Origin: Psychrobium sp. MM17-31
GTDB taxonomy: Bacteria > Pseudomonadota > Gammaproteobacteria > Enterobacterales > Psychrobiaceae
Assembly: GCF_022347785.1 (NCBI RefSeq)
Contig: NZ_JAKRGA010000005.1
Span: 163,519 to 227,518 of the forward strand
Length of the DNA: 64,000 nt
Direction of reading: 5' to 3'
Position numbers and translations under genes: made by a program. A model generated the notes under the pieces. It was not told the DNA's origin. It did no database searches and worked only from the letters and a program-made list of their open reading frames with translations. Of this stretch, positions 35,387 through 44,742 are shown piece by piece (positions within the stretch are counted from its first letter, which is position 1; the number at the start of each line of letters is the position of its first letter).

Positions 35387-35463
35387 GGCCCGTTAGCATA
35401 ATTGGTTAATGCACTCGCCTCATAAGCGAGCCGATGGCAGTTCAAATCTGCCACGGGCCACCA
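35387..35463 (+). tRNA. tRNA with CAU anticodon (Met, or Ile2/lysidine type)
   Basis: The sequence is GGCCCGT...ACGGGCC-A-CCA, 77 nt. The anticodon stem-loop is CTCGC-CTCATAA-GCGAG. The T-arm is GGCAGTTCAAATCTGCC. The acceptor end resembles E. coli tRNA-Ile2. Confidence 0.85.
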
Positions 35464-35531
35464 AGATACATTGTTTTAAAAGGAATTATCGACTAATCTA
35501 ACTCACTTCTACCACTTATCACATCAAGCTT

Positions 35532-36005
35532 ATGATCCAACAAAACCAATCAATGCCAAGCGGCCAGTTAACGCAACGTATCAATGGCGAAACCATTACT
35601 CATGACGCTAATGAATTGTTTGCTAATAAAAAAGTCGCTTTGTTTGCAGTACCTGGCGCATTTACGCCGACTTGCAGCGCCTCACATTTACCGGGCTTTG
35701 TTGCCTTAGCTGACAAAATCAAGGCTAAAGGCGTCGATGCCATTATTTGTTTATCGGTAAACGACGCTTTTGTAATGGAGGCTTGGGGACAAGCCCATAA
35801 CGCCGAAGAAATCATGATGCTCGGTGACGGCGATGGCGCTTACACTAAAACGCTAGGACTAGACAAAGAAACAGGCAGTTTCGGCGGAATTCGCTCACAA
35901 CGTTATTCGATGATTATCGACAACGGCGTGATCACTCAACTGAATCTTGAACAACCAAAAGAGTTTAAAATAAGTGACGCACAAACGCTGTTAGAACAGC
36001 TATAA
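35532..36005 (+). CDS. Peroxiredoxin, Prx5-like (AhpC/TSA family)
   Basis: The VPGAFTPTCS peroxidatic-Cys motif is present. Confidence 0.85.
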   Translation: MIQQNQSMPSGQLTQRINGETITHDANELFANKKVALFAVPGAFTPTCSASHLPGFVALADKIKAKGVDAIICLSVNDAFVMEAWGQAHNAEEIMMLGDGDGAYTKTLGLDKETGSFGGIRSQRYSMIIDNGVITQLNLEQPKEFKISDAQTLLEQL

Positions 36006-36034
36006 TTCAACGAAAAGCAAGGACGCTAATTTTA

Positions 36035-37159
36035 ATGCAAAATAAAAAGCTTTTAATCTCACTGATAGTCTCTGTAATCGCAGCGGTTATAGTCGTTTGG
36101 AAATACAATAAAGAAAAACGTGTAGTGGAGAGCAATCAATTATCTCCGCTTGCCGTGCTTCATCATTCTATTCAAACCAAAACAGACATAGTAAAGACGG
36201 CACGTCAATCTTCAACTCAAGAAACGATAAGTCCCGAGTCTAGTTCCGGTTCAACTGAATTGCCAATATGTAACAATGGACTTCATCGTTCTCAGAAATT
36301 TGTAGACTTATCCGCTAGAAATAAGAAGCTGCAACAAAGTCTGCAAAATTCCAACGAAATAGAACATCAGTTTTTAGCAACACTGTTAAATAGAGAAATC
36401 AGTCAGCAGGCTAAAATAAACTCCCTATCGAGCTTATTTGAAGAATCTCCAAACAACGAAATCATTGCATACAACCTTTTAGCTCTTTGCGCTGAAGGGC
36501 AACAACTTTGCACACAAGAGTTACTAGACAAATTAATGGCAGTTCAAAAGGATAATGGGACAGCATGGGCATTAATTTCAGGTATTAGTGCTCAAAAAGA
36601 TCAAAAACAACAAGCAGTTCAAGCGTTGATAAATGCTTCTAAAGCTCCCTACTTCGAAAACTATTTAGAGCTAAACACAAAATTTATAGATAATGCTTAT
36701 CGCGACATGGGCGCTGATGACGATTTACTCCTATATGCTGCTCTAATGACCCATAGTATCTCTTCTTCACTACCAGTAATTCCCATTATTAACCTTTGTC
36801 AGCCTCCTTTATTATCAGACTCAGAAGTATTAGACGCTTGCTTTCACGCGGGCAATATATTCAGGCAAGGAACTCCTATGACCAAAATCGGTGGTGCAGC
36901 AATACAAATGTATGTTTACACCGAGCTAGATGATGAATCTTCGTTGCAAGCAGTGAAGAAAGAACTAACAGAACTCGAGAAATATGCAACACGACATGGA
37001 AAAGCCATGAATATATTGGCAAGACACAAAAGCGCAATAGTTGATTGGTTGGAACTAAAATTAGCTGGAGATGATTCTGGCAGCCAAGCATTTGTGATTG
37101 AACAATCACAAAAAATCACAGCAACTCTTAATTCAAATGCCTGTAATTTAAATTGGTAA
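36035..37159 (+). CDS. Hypothetical N-terminally membrane-anchored protein, paralogue A
   Basis: The 374-aa ORF has a TM at residues about 5-25. It shares blocks with the next ORF (IIAYNLLALCAEG.../ASKAPYFENY...). Confidence 0.5.
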   Translation: MQNKKLLISLIVSVIAAVIVVWKYNKEKRVVESNQLSPLAVLHHSIQTKTDIVKTARQSSTQETISPESSSGSTELPICNNGLHRSQKFVDLSARNKKLQQSLQNSNEIEHQFLATLLNREISQQAKINSLSSLFEESPNNEIIAYNLLALCAEGQQLCTQELLDKLMAVQKDNGTAWALISGISAQKDQKQQAVQALINASKAPYFENYLELNTKFIDNAYRDMGADDDLLLYAALMTHSISSSLPVIPIINLCQPPLLSDSEVLDACFHAGNIFRQGTPMTKIGGAAIQMYVYTELDDESSLQAVKKELTELEKYATRHGKAMNILARHKSAIVDWLELKLAGDDSGSQAFVIEQSQKITATLNSNACNLNW

Positions 37160-37196
37160 GTAAATCTCACAGAAATAGCGCAGTAAGGACACTTTT

Positions 37197-38333
37197 ATGC
37201 CATCTAAACGTTTATTAATAACAGCCGTCATAGTTGCGGTTGCTGCATTTTCCATACTTTTCTTTATAGATACGAGTCAACCAACGTCTCTTAAAGATGC
37301 CACTTCATCATCAGAAAATGAGTCACCTGTTATAGCTCACAACAACGTGCCCAAAAGCAAAATTGAACAGTCACCAACTATTGCTAACAAAACTCATCTC
37401 AATGCCATAAGCACTGACAATATAACCAAGTGTAATTCTCTTGGCGCTGAATACGATGAGAATTACGCTTTACAATCTAAGCTTGAGAATGCGAGATTAC
37501 GCGAAAATATAAAGGCTCTTAACAGTGTAGAGTCTGATTTTGTCCTCATGTTAATAGCCGACTTAACGGTAGGTGAAATAATAGAAAACACCACTTTATT
37601 GAGTGAGAAATATCCTGACAATCAACTATTAGCTTATCACCTCTTAAGCGAATGTAGCAGTAATAGCGAGCTTTGTTCTGACAGCTTAATTTCCCAAATT
37701 TCCGAGAAGCTCACCGACAATAGTGCAGTTTGGTTACTCAATGCCATCTACTATGCCGACAAGGGAAATATTGATGCGGTAGAACAAGCGATTATTGAGG
37801 CATCAAAAGCTCCAGTTTTCGACAGTTATTGGCATAGCTACGTCGCCGCGATCTCGGATGCTTATGATCAAGCGGGCGATAAAGGCACACAAATGCAAGA
37901 TGAAATTAAAATGGGATATATTTCCGCAATTGCAGTGCCTTCTTATGGCTCATTGTTTAAAGTGTGCGAGCAAGCATCGATAGAAAAACTAACACTCATT
38001 GAAGCTTGTCTTACCGCCGGAAGGTTACTCACACGTGATAGTAAAACACTCATCACAAAATCAATCGGATATTCAATGCAAGAAACCGCTTTAGTCAATC
38101 TAGATCGCGAAGATGAATTATCATTTCTAAGCACTGACAAACAGGCTCACAAAGCGCTTTACACATCACAAGCAAAAGCAGTCGACTTATTGTGGCGCAA
38201 CACCCCACTACGACATCAAATACTGCGCCAACTAATGGAACACGGCGAAATCGCCTATGCACAATTCGCCATTGAAGAAGCAATAAAGCTCTCTAATGCA
38301 CCTGATGTTGATGAGTGCCAAGTCGTCCCATAA
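37197..38333 (+). CDS. Hypothetical N-terminally membrane-anchored protein, paralogue B
   Basis: The 378-aa ORF has the same architecture and conserved blocks (LLAYHLLSECSSN.../ASKAPVFDSY...). Confidence 0.5.
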   Translation: MPSKRLLITAVIVAVAAFSILFFIDTSQPTSLKDATSSSENESPVIAHNNVPKSKIEQSPTIANKTHLNAISTDNITKCNSLGAEYDENYALQSKLENARLRENIKALNSVESDFVLMLIADLTVGEIIENTTLLSEKYPDNQLLAYHLLSECSSNSELCSDSLISQISEKLTDNSAVWLLNAIYYADKGNIDAVEQAIIEASKAPVFDSYWHSYVAAISDAYDQAGDKGTQMQDEIKMGYISAIAVPSYGSLFKVCEQASIEKLTLIEACLTAGRLLTRDSKTLITKSIGYSMQETALVNLDREDELSFLSTDKQAHKALYTSQAKAVDLLWRNTPLRHQILRQLMEHGEIAYAQFAIEEAIKLSNAPDVDECQVVP

Positions 38334-38454
38334 CGGCGCCAGACGCTCTAATCGCACGTCAGTAATATGTATAATTCTTTCTGGGAAAGGTATAAACCTG
38401 CTAGGTAAATCATCGTTATCATGGTTCCAATTCAAGTAACAATCGATGAGGTGA

Positions 38455-39387
38455 ATGATGACTAAAGCAGTTTGGACCACAGCAAATATTGGCGATCAAT
38501 CAGGTAAAGTTGTAATTGTCACTGGTAGCAATAGCGGTATCGGTAAGGAAACGGTAAAAGAATTAGCAAGCCGAGGCGCCAAGGTGATTATGGCAGTACG
38601 TAATCTAGAAAAAGGCCGCCAAGCGATGACCGATATCAAACAAAGCGCTCCCAACGCCGATATCGAAGTGCGTCAACTAGATCTAAGTGACTTAGCGTCA
38701 GTTAGAAAATTTTCGGCATCAATCAATAATGATTACAATCAATTAGACATACTAATCAACAATGCTGGCATCATGATGTGTCCGCAAGTCAGTACCGCTG
38801 ATGGCTTTGATATCCAAGTTGGCACCAATCACTTTGGCCACTTCGCGCTTACTGGATTACTGATGCCCCTGTTGCGTAAAACGGCCAATTCGCAGCTTGT
38901 AGTACTTTCTAGCATCGGCCATAAATTAGCAAAAATTAATCTCGACGATATCAACTGGCAGCATCGGAAATACGACAAATCAAAGGCTTATTATGAGAGT
39001 AAGTTAGCCAATACTTTATTTGCTTTCGAATACGTAAGACGCTACGCCAATGACCCACAAGCTCCTAAATTAACATTGGCACATCCGGGTTGGACGCAAA
39101 CAGGATTACAACAGCACGTTGGTTTCTTAACTATTCTCAATAAATTGTTTGCCCAAGATGCTCCTGCAGGCGCATTACCAACGTTAAGAGCAGCGACAGA
39201 TCATAGCGCCCGCAACGGTGACTTCTTTGGTCCATCAAAATTCTTTGAATTGCACGGTCATCCAGTGCACGTTCAAGCGAGTAAAGATGCCCATAATCAA
39301 GCCGATGGTCAGAGATTATGGCAGATTTCTGAATCGCTAACGGGCGTAGCATTCGACGCTGAAGTTTCACAAGATATCGCCTCTTAG
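38455..39387 (+). CDS. Short-chain dehydrogenase/reductase (SDR)
   Basis: It has the TGSNSGIGKET Rossmann motif and the YxxxK motif (YYESKLAN). Confidence 0.85.
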   Translation: MMTKAVWTTANIGDQSGKVVIVTGSNSGIGKETVKELASRGAKVIMAVRNLEKGRQAMTDIKQSAPNADIEVRQLDLSDLASVRKFSASINNDYNQLDILINNAGIMMCPQVSTADGFDIQVGTNHFGHFALTGLLMPLLRKTANSQLVVLSSIGHKLAKINLDDINWQHRKYDKSKAYYESKLANTLFAFEYVRRYANDPQAPKLTLAHPGWTQTGLQQHVGFLTILNKLFAQDAPAGALPTLRAATDHSARNGDFFGPSKFFELHGHPVHVQASKDAHNQADGQRLWQISESLTGVAFDAEVSQDIAS

Positions 39388-39447
39388 CAGCCGCAACAAA
39401 GCTTGCTACACTGAAAATTCCTCTTTAAATACGAGCTCGGTAACCAT

Positions 39448-40353
39448 ATGAACCAACTTTATCGTTTGACTAGTATTGCGCAAATCCACGAATGGCTAGG
39501 GCTGCCACCACCTTTGCATCCGCTGATCTCAATTTGTCAGCATACCGAAGAAATGCAGGCGAACTATCGCGATATGAGTTTTGTTACCGAGCTCTATATG
39601 GTGTCTTATAAGAAAGACCTCTGCGGTTCTTTTAACTACGGCCGCCAGTCTTACGACTTTCAACAAGGAACCCTTATTTTTACGGCGCCAGAGCAAGTGA
39701 TTAGCGCCGTTGATACCGAGTTTAACGACAATTCAGAAGGGTGGACGCTGTTATTTCACCCCGATCTTATTCGTCCTTTTGAACTTGGCCGCAACATCGA
39801 TAAGTACACTTTCTTTTCATACGAAGTGAACGAAGCGCTGCATGTGTCAGAAGCTGAAAGAAACGCCTTATTTGATTTGGTTAAACGCATAGAACACGAG
39901 CTGCAATTAAACATCGACCAACACAGCCACCGTCTTATCTCATCAACACTGGGCTTAATACTCGACTACTGCGCCCGTTTTTTCGACCGCCAATTTTGTA
40001 CCCGCCTGCACGTCAATCAAGATGTGGTGACTAAGTTCGAGAGCTTGCTCAATCAGTATTACACTAACCAACATCACCTTGAGCATGGCATTCCTACCGT
40101 GGCCTATTGCGGTAAAGAACTGGGTATATCGCCGAATTATCTTAGCGATTTACTCAAAAAAGAAACTGGAAAAAGTACGATAGAACTTATACATAATCAT
40201 ATTCTCGACAAAGCGAAAACCGCATTACTGCAAGACAATATTGCCGTAGGCCAACTGGCCTACGACTTAGGCTTTGAGTATCCGTCGCACTTTTCTAAGT
40301 TGTTTAAAAAGCTCACTGGCGAAAGCCCAAATAGCTATCGCAAGGCGCATTAA
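39448..40353 (+). CDS. AraC-family transcriptional regulator
   Basis: It has a C-terminal double HTH (...LAYDLGFEYPSHFSKLFKKLTGESPNSYRK). Confidence 0.8.
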   Translation: MNQLYRLTSIAQIHEWLGLPPPLHPLISICQHTEEMQANYRDMSFVTELYMVSYKKDLCGSFNYGRQSYDFQQGTLIFTAPEQVISAVDTEFNDNSEGWTLLFHPDLIRPFELGRNIDKYTFFSYEVNEALHVSEAERNALFDLVKRIEHELQLNIDQHSHRLISSTLGLILDYCARFFDRQFCTRLHVNQDVVTKFESLLNQYYTNQHHLEHGIPTVAYCGKELGISPNYLSDLLKKETGKSTIELIHNHILDKAKTALLQDNIAVGQLAYDLGFEYPSHFSKLFKKLTGESPNSYRKAH

Positions 40354-41282
40354 ACAAAGCGTTCAATCGCCTGCTTAGCATTATTTTGATATTGCACATT
40401 GGCTAAGTCGGCGAAGATTTCACTTTGCTCTCCTAACAATCCAGTTAAGCCTTTTTGACTGGCATAGAAGCCACCGCTTTGATACGTCTCGCTTAGCAAT
40501 CCATCGACAAAGCGCTGCGCACCAACTTCGAGTTTGTGGACTTTGCCAATCATTAACATCACTTTCATCATGCTTTTCATCACGTGCTTACGCAGCCAAG
40601 ATAAGGTTTCAAATCCTTCGGTGCCCGTTGTCGCCCCAGGGCTCATGGTTACAAATCGAATCTGTGGATAATCTCGCGCCATCGCCGACATCCACAGCGC
40701 CGCCATGTATTTGATTGGGCCATAAGGCACTGTGGCATCTTTGACGCTAGCATACACGCTACCGCTAGCAATACCCGCAAACTCATCGACCGAAGACGAA
40801 GTTAAATCAGGGCGTTTCATGCCCATTTCAGGCACGCCGCGTGCCGCTTCCGAGCCTGCATAAACCGCTGTTTTGGTGAGCTTACCCGCTTTGAGTAATT
40901 CATTCGTTAAAACAGTATGTCCTAGTAGATTCACTGCAAATATTTGCGTTACACCATCAGTATTTGTTTCATAAAACTTCTGACCGCCTGTACCACCAGC
41001 ATTCATTAACAATCCTTCAACCGGTTCTGGCAACGCGGCGACAGCAGCGCGCACCGAGTCGAGATCAGACACATCAATTTGTAATGTTTCATAGATACGA
41101 CGTCCGGTTTGTTGCTCTAATTCAGCTTTAGCTGCTAACGCCTTATCCATATTGCGACAACCTAAGTAAATCTTTTCGACACCTGCGCGCATCGCTAGTT
41201 GTTTCGCAGTTTCTTTACCTAGACCAGCATTAGCGCCAGTGATTAATACACTCTTTAACATGGTTATCCCCTCATCGGTCAA
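40350..41282 (-). CDS. SDR-family oxidoreductase
   Basis: The ITGANAGLGKETAKQLA Rossmann motif is present. It is convergent with, and overlaps, the araC-type gene's end. Confidence 0.8.
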   Translation of the reverse strand: MTDEGITMLKSVLITGANAGLGKETAKQLAMRAGVEKIYLGCRNMDKALAAKAELEQQTGRRIYETLQIDVSDLDSVRAAVAALPEPVEGLLMNAGGTGGQKFYETNTDGVTQIFAVNLLGHTVLTNELLKAGKLTKTAVYAGSEAARGVPEMGMKRPDLTSSSVDEFAGIASGSVYASVKDATVPYGPIKYMAALWMSAMARDYPQIRFVTMSPGATTGTEGFETLSWLRKHVMKSMMKVMLMIGKVHKLEVGAQRFVDGLLSETYQSGGFYASQKGLTGLLGEQSEIFADLANVQYQNNAKQAIERFV

Positions 41283-41355
41283 AATTACATTCTTCGGGCA
41301 AGCAGCTACTTGCTCGTGGTTGATGGAATAACTTTAACCAGATGTGAAATCGCAT

Positions 41356-41421
41356 TTTTGATATTTCTTGCTCTCTTGGAAAATGACCAATAATTTGGAT
41401 ATAGCAAGAAATATCAAAAAA
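41356..41421. repeat. Perfect 18-bp inverted repeat TTTTTGATATTTCTTGCT-N30-AGCAAGAAATATCAAAAA
   Basis: Read directly from the sequence. It lies in the divergent intergenic region between the SDR gene (start 41282) and the DUF4345-like gene. Coordinates are +/-1 nt. Confidence 0.6.
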
Positions 41422-41476
41422 CCAAATCTCGTGCTGGGTAACCTTGCTTCATCAATTAACCAGAAAGGTAATCATC

Positions 41477-41908
41477 ATGAATCAAACCAGCACCTTCGAG
41501 CGCAAAGCGTTTCAACTATTCACCGTTATTTTAACCATCATCTGTTTTGTGCCCGGTGGTGCCAGTGCTTTCGGCGGCATGAACGGCAGTGCCGCATTAG
41601 GAGGTGCGGAGGCAATATTCCAAGCCGACAGCATCTTGCGCGGCTTTGCCGACAACCAATATCGCTTTGGCTTCGGCGTGTTCTTCGCACAAGGTTTAGT
41701 ACTGATCTATTTCCTACGCGATATCAGCAAACACGCTAACTTGTTCCGCGTAGTAGCACTCGGACTCTTTGTTGGTGGCTTAGCGCGCATCTCAAATGTA
41801 TTGGAATTCGGCCTTGTCGACAGCCAAGTCGTGGGTCCTATTGTGATTGAAATTATCGTAGTACCACTGCTTGCGTTATGGCACAGCCGCGTCATTCGCA
41901 ATCACTAA
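41477..41908 (+). CDS. DUF4345-like small integral membrane protein
   Basis: It has four hydrophobic helices. AAAGG precedes the internal ATG (MNQTSTFERK...). The track ORF 41444 is an N-terminal extension. Confidence 0.5.
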   Translation: MNQTSTFERKAFQLFTVILTIICFVPGGASAFGGMNGSAALGGAEAIFQADSILRGFADNQYRFGFGVFFAQGLVLIYFLRDISKHANLFRVVALGLFVGGLARISNVLEFGLVDSQVVGPIVIEIIVVPLLALWHSRVIRNH

Positions 41909-41963
41909 TCTAATTGCGGCGCATTGCGTGCCGCTAAACTAAATTTATTGAGAGAACATTATC

Positions 41964-42269
41964 ATGACACTACCCGTTTTTTTACACATAGAAGCAACAC
42001 CAAACCCAAATCAACTAGCTGAATTACAAAGTTATTTGAGCAAGGTTCCTGCAATAATTTCTCATTATGGCGGCGTCCCTATCGCTACCTACGATGTAGA
42101 GCGGGCGCTAGACAATCAACCCAGCGCCAAGGTCTTTGTTGTGGTTTCGTTTCCCGACAGACAAGCCATCGATAACTTCTTTGCTGCACCGGAATATCAA
42201 GCGATTATTCCACTGCGCGATAAAGGCTTTAGCCACTTGCGATTTTACATTACCAGCGAACGAGTTTAG
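41964..42269 (+). CDS. DUF1330-family protein
   Basis: The 101-aa ORF has a composition typical of this small alpha/beta family. Confidence 0.5.
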   Translation: MTLPVFLHIEATPNPNQLAELQSYLSKVPAIISHYGGVPIATYDVERALDNQPSAKVFVVVSFPDRQAIDNFFAAPEYQAIIPLRDKGFSHLRFYITSERV

Positions 42270-42299
42270 TCTTTAACAAAGTAAATTAAGGAAATGATT

Positions 42300-43151
42300 A
42301 TGCAGCGTTTTTTCAAGAGCATAGAATTTGTAGAGCAGCATTTATACGACAAAATTTCGGTGCACGAAATTGCCGCTGCATCCCATTATTCCACCTATCA
42401 CTTTAGCCGTATCTTCAAGGCGTTGGTGGGAGATACTCCTAAAGAATATTTACGCAAGCGCCGCTTAACCGTCAGCGCCAAACGCCTACTCGAAGAAGAC
42501 ATTAGCATTCTCGATTTGGCGCTAGACTGCCAGTTTGATTCGCAAGAGGCTTTCACTCGCGCATTCAAAGACTTGTTTAAAGTGACGCCAGCGCAATATC
42601 GCAAACAAAACGATCCCTTTCGACTGCTTTATAAAGACCAATTTAGCCCGCACATGCTTCACATGTTGCAAAACGAGCTATCGATGGAGCCAGAAATCAT
42701 CACGCGGCCTGCAGTAAAACTAGTGGGTATTCGCAATAATTACGATGACAGCGATCTAAGTTTACCTAAACTATGGTCTGGCTTTCGTCCCTATCGCGAT
42801 CTCATTAAAAATCGCGCTAGCGACGAGTCATTTGGTATTTACGAATGCTACGAAGAAGATGGCGACAAGGTTAACTTTAGCTATATCTGCAGCGCCGCAG
42901 TCACCAACTTTGACGATGTACCCGAAGGCATGATTACTCGCGAATTAGCCCCACAAATGTACGCCAAGTTTATCCATAAAGGTTCAATTAGCGACCTCGA
43001 TAAAACCCTAAAATACATCTGGGGTAGCTGGTTACCTAAATCCGATTATGAATACGAAGAAAAACCCGATTTCGAGTTGTATCCACCCAACTACAACGTG
43101 ATGGATCCCAGCTGTGAAATGGCACTTCATATTCCGGTTCGAGCTAGATAA
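42300..43151 (+). CDS. AraC-family regulator with C-terminal GyrI-like effector-binding domain
   Basis: It has an N-terminal AraC HTH (HYSTYHFSRIFKALVGDTPKEYLRKRRL) and a C-terminal GyrI-like region. Confidence 0.75.
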   Translation: MQRFFKSIEFVEQHLYDKISVHEIAAASHYSTYHFSRIFKALVGDTPKEYLRKRRLTVSAKRLLEEDISILDLALDCQFDSQEAFTRAFKDLFKVTPAQYRKQNDPFRLLYKDQFSPHMLHMLQNELSMEPEIITRPAVKLVGIRNNYDDSDLSLPKLWSGFRPYRDLIKNRASDESFGIYECYEEDGDKVNFSYICSAAVTNFDDVPEGMITRELAPQMYAKFIHKGSISDLDKTLKYIWGSWLPKSDYEYEEKPDFELYPPNYNVMDPSCEMALHIPVRAR

Positions 43152-43160
43152 CCTTTATCA

Positions 43161-43754
43161 CTAACCAACAGCCACAATGTCCCCACTATTGCTCGCTTCA
43201 ATAGTGGCGGCATAAGCGGTGGCAATTTCCTTTGCTGGAATCCCTTGCGTAGGATCCATATTCATCGCGCTAAGCGTCTCACTAATCCACCCCGGTGAAA
43301 CGGCATTGATTCGCAGGTGATCTAACTCCAAGCTAAATGCGCGAATCGCCCCTTCAACTGCCGCATTTACCGCAGATACTATGCTGCTACCAGGTAATGG
43401 CGTTTGCGCTAATGTGCCAGTAGTTAAAACGATACTGCCGCCTTCATTAATGTAATCGGCACCTTCGCGGACAATATTGATTTGGCCCATCATCTTGTTA
43501 CTAATTGCAAATTGCCAGTCTTGATCAGCCATTTCCGTTAATGCTTTAAAATGTGCAATACCCGCCGTACAAATGATAGCGTCGACTTTGCCAACGGCTT
43601 TAAATAACTTAGCTAACGAGTTTTTATCTGCAATATCAACCTGATAGTCAGCACCACTGCGCGCAGCGGTAACTAAGTTAACCTGCCCAGAAAGTTGCTC
43701 GACGATTGCGTTACCCAATAACCCTGTTGCACCAATTACTAATACTTTTTTCAT
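43161..43754 (-). CDS. NAD(P)-binding short-chain dehydrogenase-like protein
   Basis: It has a GATGLLG Rossmann motif and is 197 aa long. Confidence 0.65.
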   Translation of the reverse strand: MKKVLVIGATGLLGNAIVEQLSGQVNLVTAARSGADYQVDIADKNSLAKLFKAVGKVDAIICTAGIAHFKALTEMADQDWQFAISNKMMGQINIVREGADYINEGGSIVLTTGTLAQTPLPGSSIVSAVNAAVEGAIRAFSLELDHLRINAVSPGWISETLSAMNMDPTQGIPAKEIATAYAATIEASNSGDIVAVG

Positions 43755-43845
43755 TTGTCATTCCTCATTTAAAATTTCAGATATCAATATATGCAACAAC
43801 AAAGTATTCTTGAAATGGATGAATCAGATACATCAAATCGGTTTT

Positions 43846-44742
43846 ATGAATATAAATACAACAGACTTTAATTTGCTAAAGGTGTTCGCGGCCATTTATA
43901 AAACCCGCAATGTCAGCAAAGCCGGAGAACAAATTGGCTTGGCGCAATCGTCAATGAGTAACGCCCTTGCGCGACTAAGAGATCAGTTTGACGACCCTTT
44001 GTTCCAACGTACGCCACAAGGAATGGAGCCGACACACCGCGCAGAACAACTTGCACCTAAAATAACGCAAGTGATTAATATAGTTAATGAAATGATTAAC
44101 CCTGTTGAGTTTGATCCGAAAAAAATAACGGCAAGCCTAGCCATCGCCGCATCTGATCTAACCATAACAACGCTAGCGCCAACGTTGATTTCACAACTCA
44201 ATCAACAGGCTCCCAATATTCAAGTGCGTTTTGTGCCACTCAACAAGCAAACGGTATTTAATCAACTCGATGATGAAGATATTGAAATGGCGATAGGTAC
44301 CTTTGCCAAAGTTCCCAGACGATATCACTTAAAACAACTTAATGATGAGCACTTTGTTTGCATTGCCAAACAGCAGCATCCAAAAATCCAAGAGCAGATA
44401 ACATTAAGTGATTTTACCCAGCTTCAACACGCGTTAATGACATTGAATACTGATGATCGAGGAGTCATTGATAAAGCATTGGCGAAACTCGGCCACAAAC
44501 GAGAAATAGCAATGACTTGTGCCCAATTTGCACCACTAATCGATATTGTGGCGAGTTCACAGCTCATTGCGACTATTCCTGCATCAATGACAGAGCATGC
44601 CAAACGAGGCGGCTGCGACGTTTATCCGCTGCCGTTTGCTATGCCGACTTGGCACAGCGAATTGGTAGTGTCGCAAAAATTTCTAGCATCAGATTTAGGT
44701 CGTTTTATGACAACGCAAATCCAAACAGCGAGTGGTAACTAG
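43846..44742 (+). CDS. LysR-family transcriptional regulator
   Basis: The HTH is FNLLKVFAAIYKTRNVSKAGEQIGLAQSSMSNAL. The track start is 43810 and the internal ATG at 43846 is preferred. Confidence 0.8.
   Translation: MNINTTDFNLLKVFAAIYKTRNVSKAGEQIGLAQSSMSNALARLRDQFDDPLFQRTPQGMEPTHRAEQLAPKITQVINIVNEMINPVEFDPKKITASLAIAASDLTITTLAPTLISQLNQQAPNIQVRFVPLNKQTVFNQLDDEDIEMAIGTFAKVPRRYHLKQLNDEHFVCIAKQQHPKIQEQITLSDFTQLQHALMTLNTDDRGVIDKALAKLGHKREIAMTCAQFAPLIDIVASSQLIATIPASMTEHAKRGGCDVYPLPFAMPTWHSELVVSQKFLASDLGRFMTTQIQTASGN

Noticed and set aside
41368-41739. 123-aa Arg/Cys-rich plus-strand ORF overlapping the DUF4345-like gene
   Set aside because: It is an alternative frame of the membrane protein gene. 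Its composition (RRCGGNIPSRQHLARLCRQ) is typical of an out-of-frame reading of a hydrophobic gene.
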